A stretch of DNA of 64,000 nucleotides from Scyliorhinus canicula (taxonomy: Eukaryota): NCBI RefSeq assembly GCF_902713615.1, contig NC_052162.1:115252742-115316741 (forward strand). The letters run 5' to 3'. A program made the position numbers and the translations under genes. The stretch's first letter is position 1, and every line of letters starts with the position of its first letter. Positions 12,905 through 23,899 of this stretch are shown piece after piece. Under the pieces are notes generated by a model. The model was given only the letters and a program-made list of their open reading frames with translations. It did not search any database and had not been told where the DNA came from.

Positions 12905-13387
12905 ATACACAGATAGTAGGTATGCCTTCGGGGTCGTGCACGACTATATGACGGCATGGGACAGGAGGGGCTTTGTCACTTCTGGAGGAGATAGGATAAA
13001 ACACCAACAGCGTATAGAAGCCTTATTGGAAGCCACAAGGTTACTGAGACAGGTAGCAGTGATAAATATTAAGGCCCACCAGAAAGTAGAGACACCCCAA
13101 CAAAAAGGTAACGAAGCAGCAGACAAGGCAGCCCAAATTGCCCTGGAACACGACATTCCCATCATGAGTGCCGAGGTAGAAGACATCAGTGTTGAACAAT
13201 TATACAAAGACATAACAAGGGAAGAAAAGGACAAATGGGATTAAAAAAAAGGGGGGAAGACAAATAAAGGGATTTGGAGGGAGGATAGAAGGGGAATTGC
13301 CCCTGCCTGCATCAGGCAGACCCTCCTTGAATTACACCATGGAATGGACCAGGCAGCAAGAGAGACCATGATGCACTTAATTAGAAT

Positions 13388-13553
13388 GGGGCTGGTTTAG
13401 CACAGTGAGATAAACAGCTGACTTGTAATGCAGAACAATGCCAGAAGCACGGGTTCAATTCCTGTACCATCCCCCTCGAACAGCTGCCAGAATGTGGCGA
13501 CGAGGAGCTATTGAAGCCTACTTGTGACAATAAGCGGTTATCATATTATTATT
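13388..13553 (+). mobile_element. tRNA-derived SINE (family 2-like) in the ERV-1 integrase N-terminal region
   Basis: ggggctggtttagcacag head; gcctacttgtgacaataag...attatta tail. Confidence 0.8.
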
Positions 13554-14002
13554 AAGGAATGGTGGTGGCCAGGAATGGGGAGAGATATAGCTAAGCACTG
13601 TCAAGAGATGCATCCCATGTGTGCAGTATAACCTGGGGCGCTCTGTAAAGATCCGCGTGGCACATCAGCCAAGACCAAAGGGACCCTGGGAGAATCTCCA
13701 AGTTGACTTTACCGGATCACAACCCCCGAGCCGGCGAAACGATACTGCCCAGTAATAATTGACCAATTTACCAGATGGGTGGAGGGATTCCCAACCTGAG
13801 ACTGCACGGCCACAACCGTGGCACGAATATTAGCCAAGGACGTGATTCCTCGCTGGGGGGTACCCTTGCAATTAGATTCGGACCAAGGAACACACTTTAT
13901 TGGAAGAGTAATGAAGAAAACATGTGAGTCGATGGGGATCAAACAAAAATTCCACATCCCTTACCATCCCCAAAGCTCAGGAATGGTAGAGCGGATGAAT
14001 AT

Positions 14003-14348
14003 GGGCCGCACGGTAGCATTGTGGATAGCACAATCGCTTCACAGCTCCAGGGTCCCAGGTTCGATTCCGGCTTGGGTCACTGTCTGTGCGGAGTCTGCAC
14101 ATCCTCCCCGTGTGTGCGTGGGTTTCCTCCGGGTGCTCCAGTTTCCTCCCACAGTCCAAAGATGTGCAGGTTAGGTGGATTGGATATGATAAATTGCCCT
14201 TAGTGTCCAAAATTGCCCTTAGTGTTGGGTGGGGTTACTGGATTATGGGGATAGGGTGGAGGTGTTAACCTTGGGTAGGGTGCTCTTTCCAGGAGCCGGT
14301 GCAGACTCGATGGGCCGAATGGCCTCCTTCTGCACTGTAAATTCTATG
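14003..14348 (+). mobile_element. HE1-type V-SINE in ERV-1 integrase
   Basis: Full HE1 consensus ending ctgcactgtaaattctatg; splits ERMN/RTLK of the integrase core. Confidence 0.9.
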
Positions 14349-14911
14349 TAAATAGGACCCTAAAAACTGCCCTGACAAAGACTCTAGGGGAGAAACAGCA
14401 GCAATGGGTAGATGTGCTGCTCACTCCTAATGAAGTTAAGAGCGAGCCCAAACCGAACAACTGCTTATCACGCTATGAGGTGATGACGGGATGAGCTACA
14501 CAACTAAACAGGGGATAATAACAGGGGGAGAAGAAATAGGTCCGATAAGGGACAGGACGCGTAGATACATATTAGAGATCAGTGAAAGGATATGCGGCAG
14601 CCAGTGTGGACTGGATAGGAGACGGAGGATAAAAATCTGGACATTTTCTGGACCGCATTCCCTGATGTCCCTACAGCAGGGATGAAGGTGATGGTAAAGG
14701 TGCTACCTGAAAAGCCTGGGATCGCCCCCAGATAGATGGAGCCGCACCAAGTCCTGATCAGTGGGGATACCTGTGTATGTGTGGACATAGAGGGTATGGG
14801 ATCATGGAAACATTGGACACAATTAAAAGTATACCGAGAGTAAAAATATGTATTTATGTTCAAACCAGGTAACTCCACACAACCAAAATTCCGAAGAACT
14901 GCAGAAGACCC

Positions 14912-15290
14912 ATGATGTTTGCTGTAATAATGATAATATGTTTGATGGTAGTAACCGGGAATAGACTCCCAGCGCGGAATGAATGGGACTTGCATGTAAA
15001 TACCTACTTGTACATGTCATATGCATATGCGAAAGGCATCGATGTCTCGAGCTGTTGGGTGTTTGCCCATGTACCAATCCATGCAAAAGGGGGAACACCC
15101 CTGAGATCAGTGCCCTTTAATATAACGGAGGCGGCAGAATGAACAATTAAGCAGAGCGAGGCGCGGGGGAAATCGACAGAAGATATCTCGGGGATAGATA
15201 TGTATGCCATACATCTAGAACAATGGAAGAGGGCAGGGTCCCATCTCTCAGGGGTGTTCACCGGGTTTTACCAACCTCGGTATAATTTCA
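14912..15290 (+). pseudogene. env: Retroviral env N-terminus (signal peptide + gamma-type SU start), truncated
   Basis: MMFAVIMIICLMVVTG signal-like sequence; SSCWVFAHVP resembles a CWxC motif with one Cys lost; stop at 15140. Confidence 0.65.
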
Positions 15291-15375
15291 CCCGAGCTCC
15301 ACCAACATCTGTGAGTAAATCACTTTCTCTTCTCCCCCTTTCCAGTTCTTATTCTGACCTTCAATTGGTGACTTG
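15291..15375 (+). other. Orphan ZNF exon-1 3' end and splice donor (gene A)
   Basis: caacatct|gtgagtaaatcactttc...attctgaccttcaattggtgacttg matches 32575-32655 and 47445-47525; donor GT at 15311. Confidence 0.8.
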
Positions 15376-16395
15376 TTTAAGTCCCCAGGCTCAGATGAGA
15401 TGTATCCCAGGCTGCTGTGGGAGGCAAGAGAGGAGATTGCAGAGGCTCCGACAATTTTCAAATCAACTCTTGTCACAGGAGCGGCCGGAGAACAGGAGGA
15501 CAGATAATGTGGTTCCATTGTTCACAAAGGGAAGAAGGGAAAAAACAGGGAATTACAAACCAGTGAGTCTAACTTCAGTAGTGGAGAAACTATTGGAAAC
15601 AATTCTGAGGGCCAGAATTCACCTCCACTTGGGGAGGTAAGGTTTAATCAAGGATAGTCAGCATGGTTTTGTCAGTGGGAGATCGTGTCTTTCAAATTTT
15701 ATTTGTAATTTTCGAGGAGGTGACTAGGTGATGAAGGTTGTGCAGTTGATGTGGTCTACATGGACTTCAGTGAGGCTTCAGTCTGTCATGGGAGACTTGC
15801 CAGGAAGGTAGGAGCCCAAAGGATTCAGGGCATTTTGGCAAATTGGATCCCAAATTGGCTTTGTGGCAGGAGGCAGAGGGTGATGGTCGAAGGTTGTCTG
15901 TGACTGGAACCCCATGTCCAGTGGGTGTTCCGATAGGATTGCTGCTGGGTCCTTTGCTGTTTGTAGTGTACATTAATGATGTAGACGTGAATGTAGGATG
16001 CAAGAGCGTATGCAGATGACAAAACATTGGTGGAGTGGTAAATAGGAGGAAAGCCTTATATTGCAGGACGCTATAGATGGTCTTGTTAGATGGTCAACAG
16101 TGGCAAATGATTTTAACTCCCGAAAGTGTGAGGTAATGCATTTTGGGAGGACTAACAAGGCAAGGGAATATACAATGAATGGTAGGATCCTAGGAAGCAT
16201 AGAGGACCAGAGGGACTTTGGTGTGCATGTCCATCGATCTCTGAAGTCAGGAAGACACGGAGATAAGGTGGTTAATAAGTGATGTAGGATACTTGCTTTT
16301 ATCAGCTGAGGTATAGAATATAGGAGCAAGGAGGTTATAATGGAGCTGTATAAAATGCTCATTGGGCTACAGCTGGAGTAGTGTGTGCAGTTGAT
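15376..16395 (+). mobile_element. CR1 LINE ORF2 fragment
   Basis: [30 protein letters not shown]. Confidence 0.9.
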
Positions 16396-16739
16396 GGCCT
16401 TGGAATAAAGTACATTGATTATTCCAGTACTGGAGCTAGTTTAGCTCAGTGGGCTAGACAGCTGGTTTGTAATGCAGAACAAGGCCAGCAGCGTGGGTTC
16501 AATTCCTGTACCAGTTTACCCGAACAGGCACCGGAATATGGTGACTAGGGGCTTTTCACAGTAACGTCATACTTATGACAAGAAAAGATTATTATTACTA
16601 TAGTACTATAGCTACGTTATATATTTCCGGTTAGATTTATTACAGAAGATCAGGAATCCAATGGACATTTCGAGTTGATGCTGAGTCTGTTGAGCAATTC
16701 TGTCAGTCTCGAGTGGGTCCCATTCTGTAACCCTGCAGC

Positions 16740-17005
16740 GACGGGTTCGTTACGGGGGTTTGATGGCTAGCTAAGGCCCAATACCAGACTAAATAAATGC
16801 CAATAAACATGTGCCTCGGCCATATTGGGGAATGTAAAATATGTATACCAGCTAAAGGGGGAGGCCACAGTTATTATTACGAAGATGCTTACCTGTAAAT
16901 ATATATGTTAATTTTTGCGTGTTCTTTTTTTTTCTCTCTCTAACAATTTGTAATTTGTTCAATATAAAACATGAAAACTGAATAAAAAACATTTATTAAA
17001 AAAAA
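16740..17005 (+). mobile_element. L1 3' UTR/poly(A) fragment
   Basis: Nearly identical to 60510-60775; AATAAA plus poly(A). Confidence 0.85.
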
Positions 17006-17968
17006 AATCTCTGCTTGTCTACCCTTACAGGCAGCAAGTATCAAGATCATGATCAATCAAAATGCATGTTTCTCAACCAACTGGAACAAACCTATACCTT
17101 AAACACATTTTTAAGCCAGTAATGTACATAATTATCTGACAGCCTGCATGAAGATTTTCAAATCTCTGCGTCCAGGACAGGAAGTGAGCGTGGATCTGTT
17201 ACTCAACCTGAATCAGCACCTTCAGGAGCATTGGGAGTGTGAATAGTAATAATAATCTTTTATTGTCATAAGTATGCAGTTACTGTTAAAAGCCCCTAGT
17301 CACCACATTCTGGCACCTGTTTGGGTATACAGAGGGAGAATTCAGAATTCTTTGCCGGTACGGGAATTGAACCCACACTGCTGGCCTTGTTCTGCGTCAC
17401 AAACCATCTGTCTAGCCCACTGAGCTAAACCAGTTCTGCATACAGCAGAATTGATACAGCAGAGTGAGAATGGAGGGAGTGTGTGTGGGATGGAGATTTA
17501 CACCTTTTGGGGAATGAGAGAGGATGTTCCATCAAAACTAGCATTATCTGTTCTGAATTTCTATCCTGTACTGACAGTGATGATTTTTGTAACCCCCTTT
17601 TGCAGGATATTAGAAAGCGAGGATTTACAGGAAAAAAATCTCAAAACGAACATCATGTCAAGAACTGACAGTCAGTCGATTCATCGAGACCTGAATATCA
17701 TCGGCCTTTGAATCTAGAAGGAGAAATGTTTATTCTGTCGACTTCAACAGATTTTAAATGTCAGTGTGTCTGGAAAAGCACCGAGACACACACACCCGAG
17801 TGAGAGTGTTCCAGAGCACTGACTGTGGAAAGAGCTTTAACCAGTTACACAGACTGAAAACACATCACACCATTCACAGTGGAGAGAGACTGTACACGTG
17901 TTCTGTCTGTGTGTGATCAAGGCTCTAATTGAATATCCAAACTGGAGAGATACAAAGAGGCGAAAAAC

Positions 17969-18808
17969 ATGGAGAAAGTGTGGAAATGTGGAGACTGTGG
18001 GAAGGGATTTCAATATCCATCTAAGCTGGAAATTCATCAACGCAGTCACACTGGGAAGAGACCATTCACCTGCTCTCAGTGTGGGAAGGGATTCACTCAA
18101 TTATCCAACCTGCATACACACCAGCGAGTTCACACCGGGGAGAGGCCGTTTACCTGCACCATGTGTGGGAAGGGATTCACTCAGTCATCCAACCTGCTAA
18201 GCCACAATGTCACTCACACCAAGGAGAGACCCTTTAAATGCTCTGACTGTGGGAATAGGTTCAAAAGGTCTCAGGAACTAATGTCCCACCAGCGCACTCA
18301 CACTGAGGAGAGACCGTTCAGCTGCTCTCACTGCACAAAGAGTTTTAAAACATCATCCACATTGCGGACACACCTGAGAGTTCACACTGGTGAGAGGCCA
18401 TTCATCTGCTCTCAGTGTGGGAAGAGATTCACTCGGTTATCCAACCTGCAGAGTCACCAGCGAGTTCACACTGGGGAGAAGCCGTTCACCTGCTCAGTGT
18501 GTGGAAAGGGATTCACTCATTCATCCAACCTGCTGAGCCACAATGTCACTCACACCAACGAGAGACCCTTTAAATGCTCCGACTGTGGGAGTGGGTTTAA
18601 AAGCTCTCAGGTACTGATGGAACACCAGCGCATTCACACTGAGGAGAGACCATTCCGCTGCTCTCACTGCACAAAGAGGTTTCAAACATCATCCACATTG
18701 CGGAGACATCAGCGAGTTCATACCGGGGAGAGGCCGTTCACCTGCACTGTGTGTGGGCAGAGATTCTCTCGGTCATCCCACCTGCAGAGACACCAGCGAG
18801 TCCACTAG
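17969..18808 (+). CDS. C2H2 zinc-finger protein A, 10 fingers, no effector domain
   Basis: Intact ORF of tandem CxxC-x12-HxxxH with TGERP-type linkers; acceptor ttttgcag at 17605, exon 2 from 17606. Confidence 0.85.
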   Translation: MEKVWKCGDCGKGFQYPSKLEIHQRSHTGKRPFTCSQCGKGFTQLSNLHTHQRVHTGERPFTCTMCGKGFTQSSNLLSHNVTHTKERPFKCSDCGNRFKRSQELMSHQRTHTEERPFSCSHCTKSFKTSSTLRTHLRVHTGERPFICSQCGKRFTRLSNLQSHQRVHTGEKPFTCSVCGKGFTHSSNLLSHNVTHTNERPFKCSDCGSGFKSSQVLMEHQRIHTEERPFRCSHCTKRFQTSSTLRRHQRVHTGERPFTCTVCGQRFSRSSHLQRHQRVH

Positions 18809-18809
18809 T

Positions 18810-20160
18810 AAACGGCTCAGAACATGTTCCGTTACCTGGGGATTCAGAGAGCCAGAAACTGGACACAGATCCACAAGTGGAACCTGACCAGTCTGGTGGA
18901 GGAAGTTAGAAAAGACACTGGGGCTCACTCCCACTCTCCCTGCCGGGGAGAATGCAGACAATCAAGATGAACGTACTGCCAAGGTTCCTCTTCCTGTTTA
19001 GATCCATTCCGATCTTCATCGCCAAGGCCTTTTTCCAAATCCTAGACAGTCTAATCATGGTGTTTGTGTCGGGAGTAAGAACCCAAGAATTCCCAAACCG
19101 ACACTGCAAAGAAGGAAAATCAAAGGGGGGGCTGGCTTTACTAAACCTACAGTACTACCACTGGGCAGCAACGGCAGAATGAGTGAAGGAATGGGTACAA
19201 GAACCCGACAAAGATTGGGTACAAATGGAGGAGGTGTCCTGTAAAGGAACGACCCTCTGGGCCCTGGCCACACCAGCACTCCCGTCCTCCTCAGCAAGAT
19301 ACACAACAAACCCAGTGGTAGCGGCCACGCTGGGAATGTGGACCCAGTCAACACAGCACTTCGGGGTAACTAAAATGGCCCCCATGGCCCCCATCTGCGG
19401 CAATCACAGATCCCCCCAGCCATGCGAGATACCACCTTCAAAAGATGGAGGCAGGACGGGGGCACACTGACAGTACCGGGACTTCTACGTAGGGTGCAGT
19501 CTGGCGACACTGGACAAACTGACGACGAAGTGGAAACTAGCAAAAGGCCAGGAATTGAGACACCTCCGAATAAAACAATTCCTCTGCAAAGAGACAGTAG
19601 GGTACCCTGGGGCCCCATAAACCACACTACAATAGGACCTGATTGGCACAAACAGCGAGAAGGAGGGGCTATGTGGGAAAATAAATCGACAGCTACTAGA
19701 CAGAGCCCAAACACCACTGGACGAGACCAAACAAAAATGGGAGGATGAACTGGGGACGGAGGTAGGGTGGGGACTCTGGAGTGAAGCACTGAGCAGGGTG
19801 AACTCCACCTCCTCCTGCGCAAGGCGAAGCCTAATGCAGCTCAAAGTGGTGCACAGAGTGCACCTGACCAGAACCCGAATGGAGACGGAAGAAAGGTGGG
19901 GAAACCACAAGAGAAGAGGCGGAGGGGCTACCTGCCCCTCTTTCCCGGAAAATAGAAGAAAAACACAGCTGAAGCCAGGGTGGGGGTGGGAGGAGCTATT
20001 GACCAATCCAGAGGGCAGCAAAATGTACATAGGGTCAGTTAAATGAAGGACAAACTAAACCTCTCTGTATAATAAAGGAAATTAGCACGGGTAAGAAAAA
20101 TTTAATGTCACATCCAACTGTTTAGAAATAGGAGAAATGGCAATAAAAATATATATTTTT
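18810..20160 (+). mobile_element. 5'-truncated L1-clade LINE (A/C-rich family) immediately after the ZNF A stop
   Basis: IKMNVLPRFLFLF, GGLALLNLQYYHWAA, NSTSSCARRSLMQLKVVHR; AATAAA near 20142. Confidence 0.85.
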
Positions 20161-21409
20161 AAATGTTTTCAAGAATTCATAAATACTTTTTAGAAAACTC
20201 AAGGCAACAGAGAAACTAGCCTTTTTTTGGTATATAAATTGAGAGTACCCAATTATTGTTTTTCCAATTAAGGGGCATTTTAGCGTAATCAATCCACCTA
20301 ATCTGCCTATTTTTGGGGGGTTGTGGGGGTGAAACCTACGCAGACACAGAGAGAATGTGCAAACTCAGAGAAACTAATCTTAAGAGAATCTTAAATTGAT
20401 CATGAGAGAGAGAGAATTAAAAAAAAGCATGTCTCCGATTTGAAACAATATAAAGGTCAAGGAGAATGAAATACTGAGTAACAATTGACAACAAGATGGA
20501 AAAGAGATAGAAAGGTAAGGGTTAAAATTGTGCCCTGTAGCCGATTACTCTAACAAGCAATCAGCAGTTGCTGCTGGATATAGAAAATTCACATAGAACC
20601 CCCTTAGTGCAGGCTGTAAACACAGGAAGATTGAGAACAGTGTCAGATGCTAAAGGGAAGAGTCTATTCCTTCAATGGGCAAATTACAGTAGTTAAGGAT
20701 GAAGGAAACATCCCAGTATCATTGAGTGGGATCTCTGAACATTCAGGAAAAGGATCATGTCTATGCAGATGGGAGCTGAGGAAGTGAATAGGGTAAAAAT
20801 CCAGTTGAGGAGATCGATGTGACCCTGTTTGTCGACGGATTACGGCGGAGTGAACGGCGAGCCAAGAACAAGATGGTGATAGATGGATGTGGCGGGATGA
20901 AAGTGAAAGAGAATTGAGATGGTTTCATTTGAAAAGGAGGTGAAATAGACTTAATAGAAATCTAAAAGACAACCACACTGTTGTTTGAATTAGTGACAAT
21001 TCTGGAATGTGAAAACTACTTTAAAAGAAAATGTTATCAGCTGACAAACCCAGATTCCACCCGAGTGAGTGGGACTGTGCAAAGTAACTATGATCAGGGA
21101 TACATGCACTGGCTGGACATCCAAGGAGGAGGGCGCCAGAAACACTGATCACAACCAAAGCGCCTCACTGACTGCTCTTGTTTTATAGAACATTAACACC
21201 AGCCAACCGGTGACGACTGGGACGGGCATTTGCTTAAGTTTATCGAATGTCAACAACCGTAACGATTCTCGTGGGACCGATGACCAGTCACAGCAATGGG
21301 AAGTGTACCCGCTCATTTGACATCACCACAGAAGCAGTCAAGACCTCGTCACCACCCGTGCCAACTGACCCACTTCATCCAGCCATGAGTCCTGTGCCAG
21401 AGATCGCAT

Positions 21410-23310
21410 GTATTAATGAATGAGAATAAGATTTTCTATGATAATGTACACCATGAGCTGGTGCCCGTATTCCTAAACATTATAGGCATAGCCCTGCCTC
21501 AATGACCGAAGTAGGCCATTATACCGGCGGGACATGGCCAATAGCTGCACCGAGGAACAAAACAGGTTAAAACGTGGCTTGGCGAATACCACTACGGCTT
21601 TTAGTACCAGATTAATTCTATTGGTCTAGAAACTGTCAACCTGAAGGTCCGAGCTTTAAGGTTACAGCTAAAAGAATTATGGGGAAGGCGAAAGGGATTC
21701 AGTGAACTCAACTGGGGACACACCAAGACATCACCTTGGTCATTTAAAACTTGGCCCCTCTATTGGGAAATCATGCAGTCTCCATTAATAAATTCGTTGG
21801 GATAGGGAAAAGATATTTTGGATGATGCAAATAAGAATGACGTCCGTAGCACCTATGGATCGTGGGCGCTTGAACAGGTGTGAGAAAATCTCAGGCAAAA
21901 TAGCGAGGGAATAGTCCCACTGTGGGTTACAAATGAACATCTATTTAATCCATCACGAAATGCCAACCATAGGTTGACTGGATGCCAGCTCAGGGGATTA
22001 ACACATGTATATAGTATTGATGTTGAATGTATTATGAATAACAATATGTTAATGGGTACTGTTTTAGTGATACCCATTATAACCATGTTGTAAGGAATCT
22101 CTTTTGAACCCTTACCTGCCCCTTGTTTTCCTTTTTAATTTCTGAATTGTTGGCTGCTATGAAACTGCAGACTTTGGTTTTAAACTCAAACCCTCCTGTC
22201 TAATGTGCTATTTGAACTGGTCCAAGAGAACCCCCCTGAGTGCAGTGTGCTATGTGGCATAGTCCAGTGATGTCATTTTGATGGACTTGGCTTGCAGCAA
22301 ACCAATGCTTCCGAAATCCAGGACTCATTCAGTTTACAATCCTGATTGATAGAGCACTTCAGAGGTTTCTGTGATGAAGAAGCGCAGGCTCCATTTTAAT
22401 TCAGTTCTGTTAAAACCCTGGAGTGACCAGGTCTGGACTCTCTCCAATCAGCTAAGGCTGGTGATTAAAACATTCTCCAGACAAGCCTGTGAAAGTAACT
22501 TCTTATTGAAATGCTGCAAACAAGTCTGTGAAAGCTTAGTCCTCTGTTTGAAAGGCAGGGAAAAGCCCAGTCTGATATTTCTCTCCTGAGAATCCTAAAA
22601 GGTCCTGAAGACCAGACCCTTCTCTTTCTCTTCATCCCACAGCTAGAAACCCTGCACAAAGACCAGACAAGCAGTTGGAAGGCAGAGTGGATGGAGAACC
22701 TGCTGTAAACTCTCAGGTAGAGATTTCTAATATTATCTCGTGATACTGTGAGTCAATCTGGTGAAGGTGACTCTCCAGAGGAATTCCTGCAGACCGCGAG
22801 GTCTAATTGAAGGCAGAAACTAAAAGATCCAAACCAATCAGTGGTTTTAACACCTTGCATCCCGAGATTGCTACCTACAAAGACCACCACCTCAGCAAAG
22901 ATACTCATCTCACATTCCCAGTTTAATGCCCGTTTTTTGAACCCTTCCCTACCCCCACTGTGTGTCTGCCATGTGTGGGTGGAGGGTGGGACAGTGTTAG
23001 GGGAATAATTAGATTAGATTAGCAGCCCGTTGTTCTATTATTACCATTACATGTGTATCTATTATAAATAAACAGTTTTTCATATTTTACTTAAGATCTT
23101 GTGCCTGTAAGTCATTGATTGGAGCAGTCAAGGGTCAAAGATCTCAGGAAAATGCACAAACTATTGGTTAATTCGCTTATGTCGGAACTCCGGGGTCTGT
23201 GGGGCTGGAATTGACCGTGCTCTCACCCAGGGTGTTGTAACAATGTCAACACTAATTATACAGAGTGGGGAATTTTGGGGTCATTAGAGGAAGTCGTTAT
23301 ACCAGATACC
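21410..23310 (+). pseudogene. env-like class I fusogen pseudogene (furin site RLKR), split by a solo LTR
   Basis: Frameshift-corrected: ...EQNRLKR|GLANTTTAFST..INSIGLETVNLKVRALRLQLKEL...ALEQV*ENLRQNSEGIVPLWVTNEHL...CQLRGL...MGTVLVIPIIT[LTR]..YRVGNFGVIRGSRY. Confidence 0.55.
22089..23242 (+). mobile_element. Solo LTR (~1.15 kb) with 4-bp TSD
   Basis: tgtaagg...tgtaaca termini, TSD atgt at 22085-22088 and 23243-23246, AATAAA ~23067. Confidence 0.85.
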
Positions 23311-23359
23311 TGGTTAGCACAGTTGCTTCACAGCGCCAGGGTCCCAGGTTCGATTCCCA

Positions 23360-23891
23360 ATGTGTCAGCCGTATTGACTGGCCTGGTTTGATTGATATTC
23401 CTTGCCGACAAACCTGGCCTGGCTTCGCTCCCACTGTCCAGTAACTGCATCCACCCCAGTCACAGACTGCTGACCACTACCGGATCAGGACTTCACATTG
23501 TGGGAGTGCAATCAGACATTGTGTCGGCCGTTGAACAGCTTGACCACAGAGCAGCAGGTCACATACTGCTGATCGGTGGCGGGGGACAAGCTGAGCAGCG
23601 TGCAGAGTGGAGCTCCGAGCTGGGGCCACCACTGTCAGCATCATGCGGCTACATGGACGTCTGTCAGTCTCAGTTCCCACCCATCACCCACATGCAGTCA
23701 CCAGCACACAGCCCAGCCTCGCACCGCCCTTCAAACGCCGCAACCAGATGAGGACTGCCAGCGGCGGCATTCTTAAAAGCCAGGCGTGGTTATTGGGGAC
23801 TTCTTCCCCCTTTGGGAACGCTGCAACTAATCACTTTGCGACCCTCCCGACTCCCACCCGTGGGACGTGCCCCTGAGTTTGAAAAACCCTG
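23360..23891. mobile_element. Possible hAT-family non-autonomous element end
   Basis: Ends in gagtttgaaaaaccctg (reverse complement CAGGGTTTTTCAAACT, a Charlie-like TIR); other end not seen. Confidence 0.35.
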
Positions 23892-23899
23892 GCCTAGAC

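Larger units (their letters stand above)
10455..14840 (+). pseudogene. pol: Retroviral pro-pol (PR half, RT, tether, RNase H, integrase), multiply disrupted
   Basis: ORF pieces 10455, 11239, 11564, 11907, 12780 and 13818 carry retroviral motifs; stops, frameshifts and insertions throughout. Confidence 0.9.
8372..15290 (+). mobile_element. Endogenous retrovirus ERV-1 (spuma/SnRV-like pol; candidate 5' LTR, PBS, deleted gag, pro-pol, truncated env)
   Basis: RT NSPVWPVIKPDKAFRLTIDY / LDIANGFWSVPL / LPQGFHNSPAIFH / QCVDDLL; tether plus RNase H (AELVA, YTDSRYAFG, GNEAAD); integrase (WGVPLQLDSDQGTHF, YHPQSSGMVERMN); env start at 14912. Confidence 0.9.
20400..23310 (+). mobile_element. Second ERV remnant (ERV-2): tether/RNase H start, integrase C-terminus, fusogen-like env; heavily deleted
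   Basis: PLVQAVNTGRLRTVSDA (~20620), VTLFVDG..NGEPRTRW (~20820) and KPRFHP...DTC...DIQGGGRQKH (~21050) parallel ERV-1 pol segments; env-like frames follow. Confidence 0.6.
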
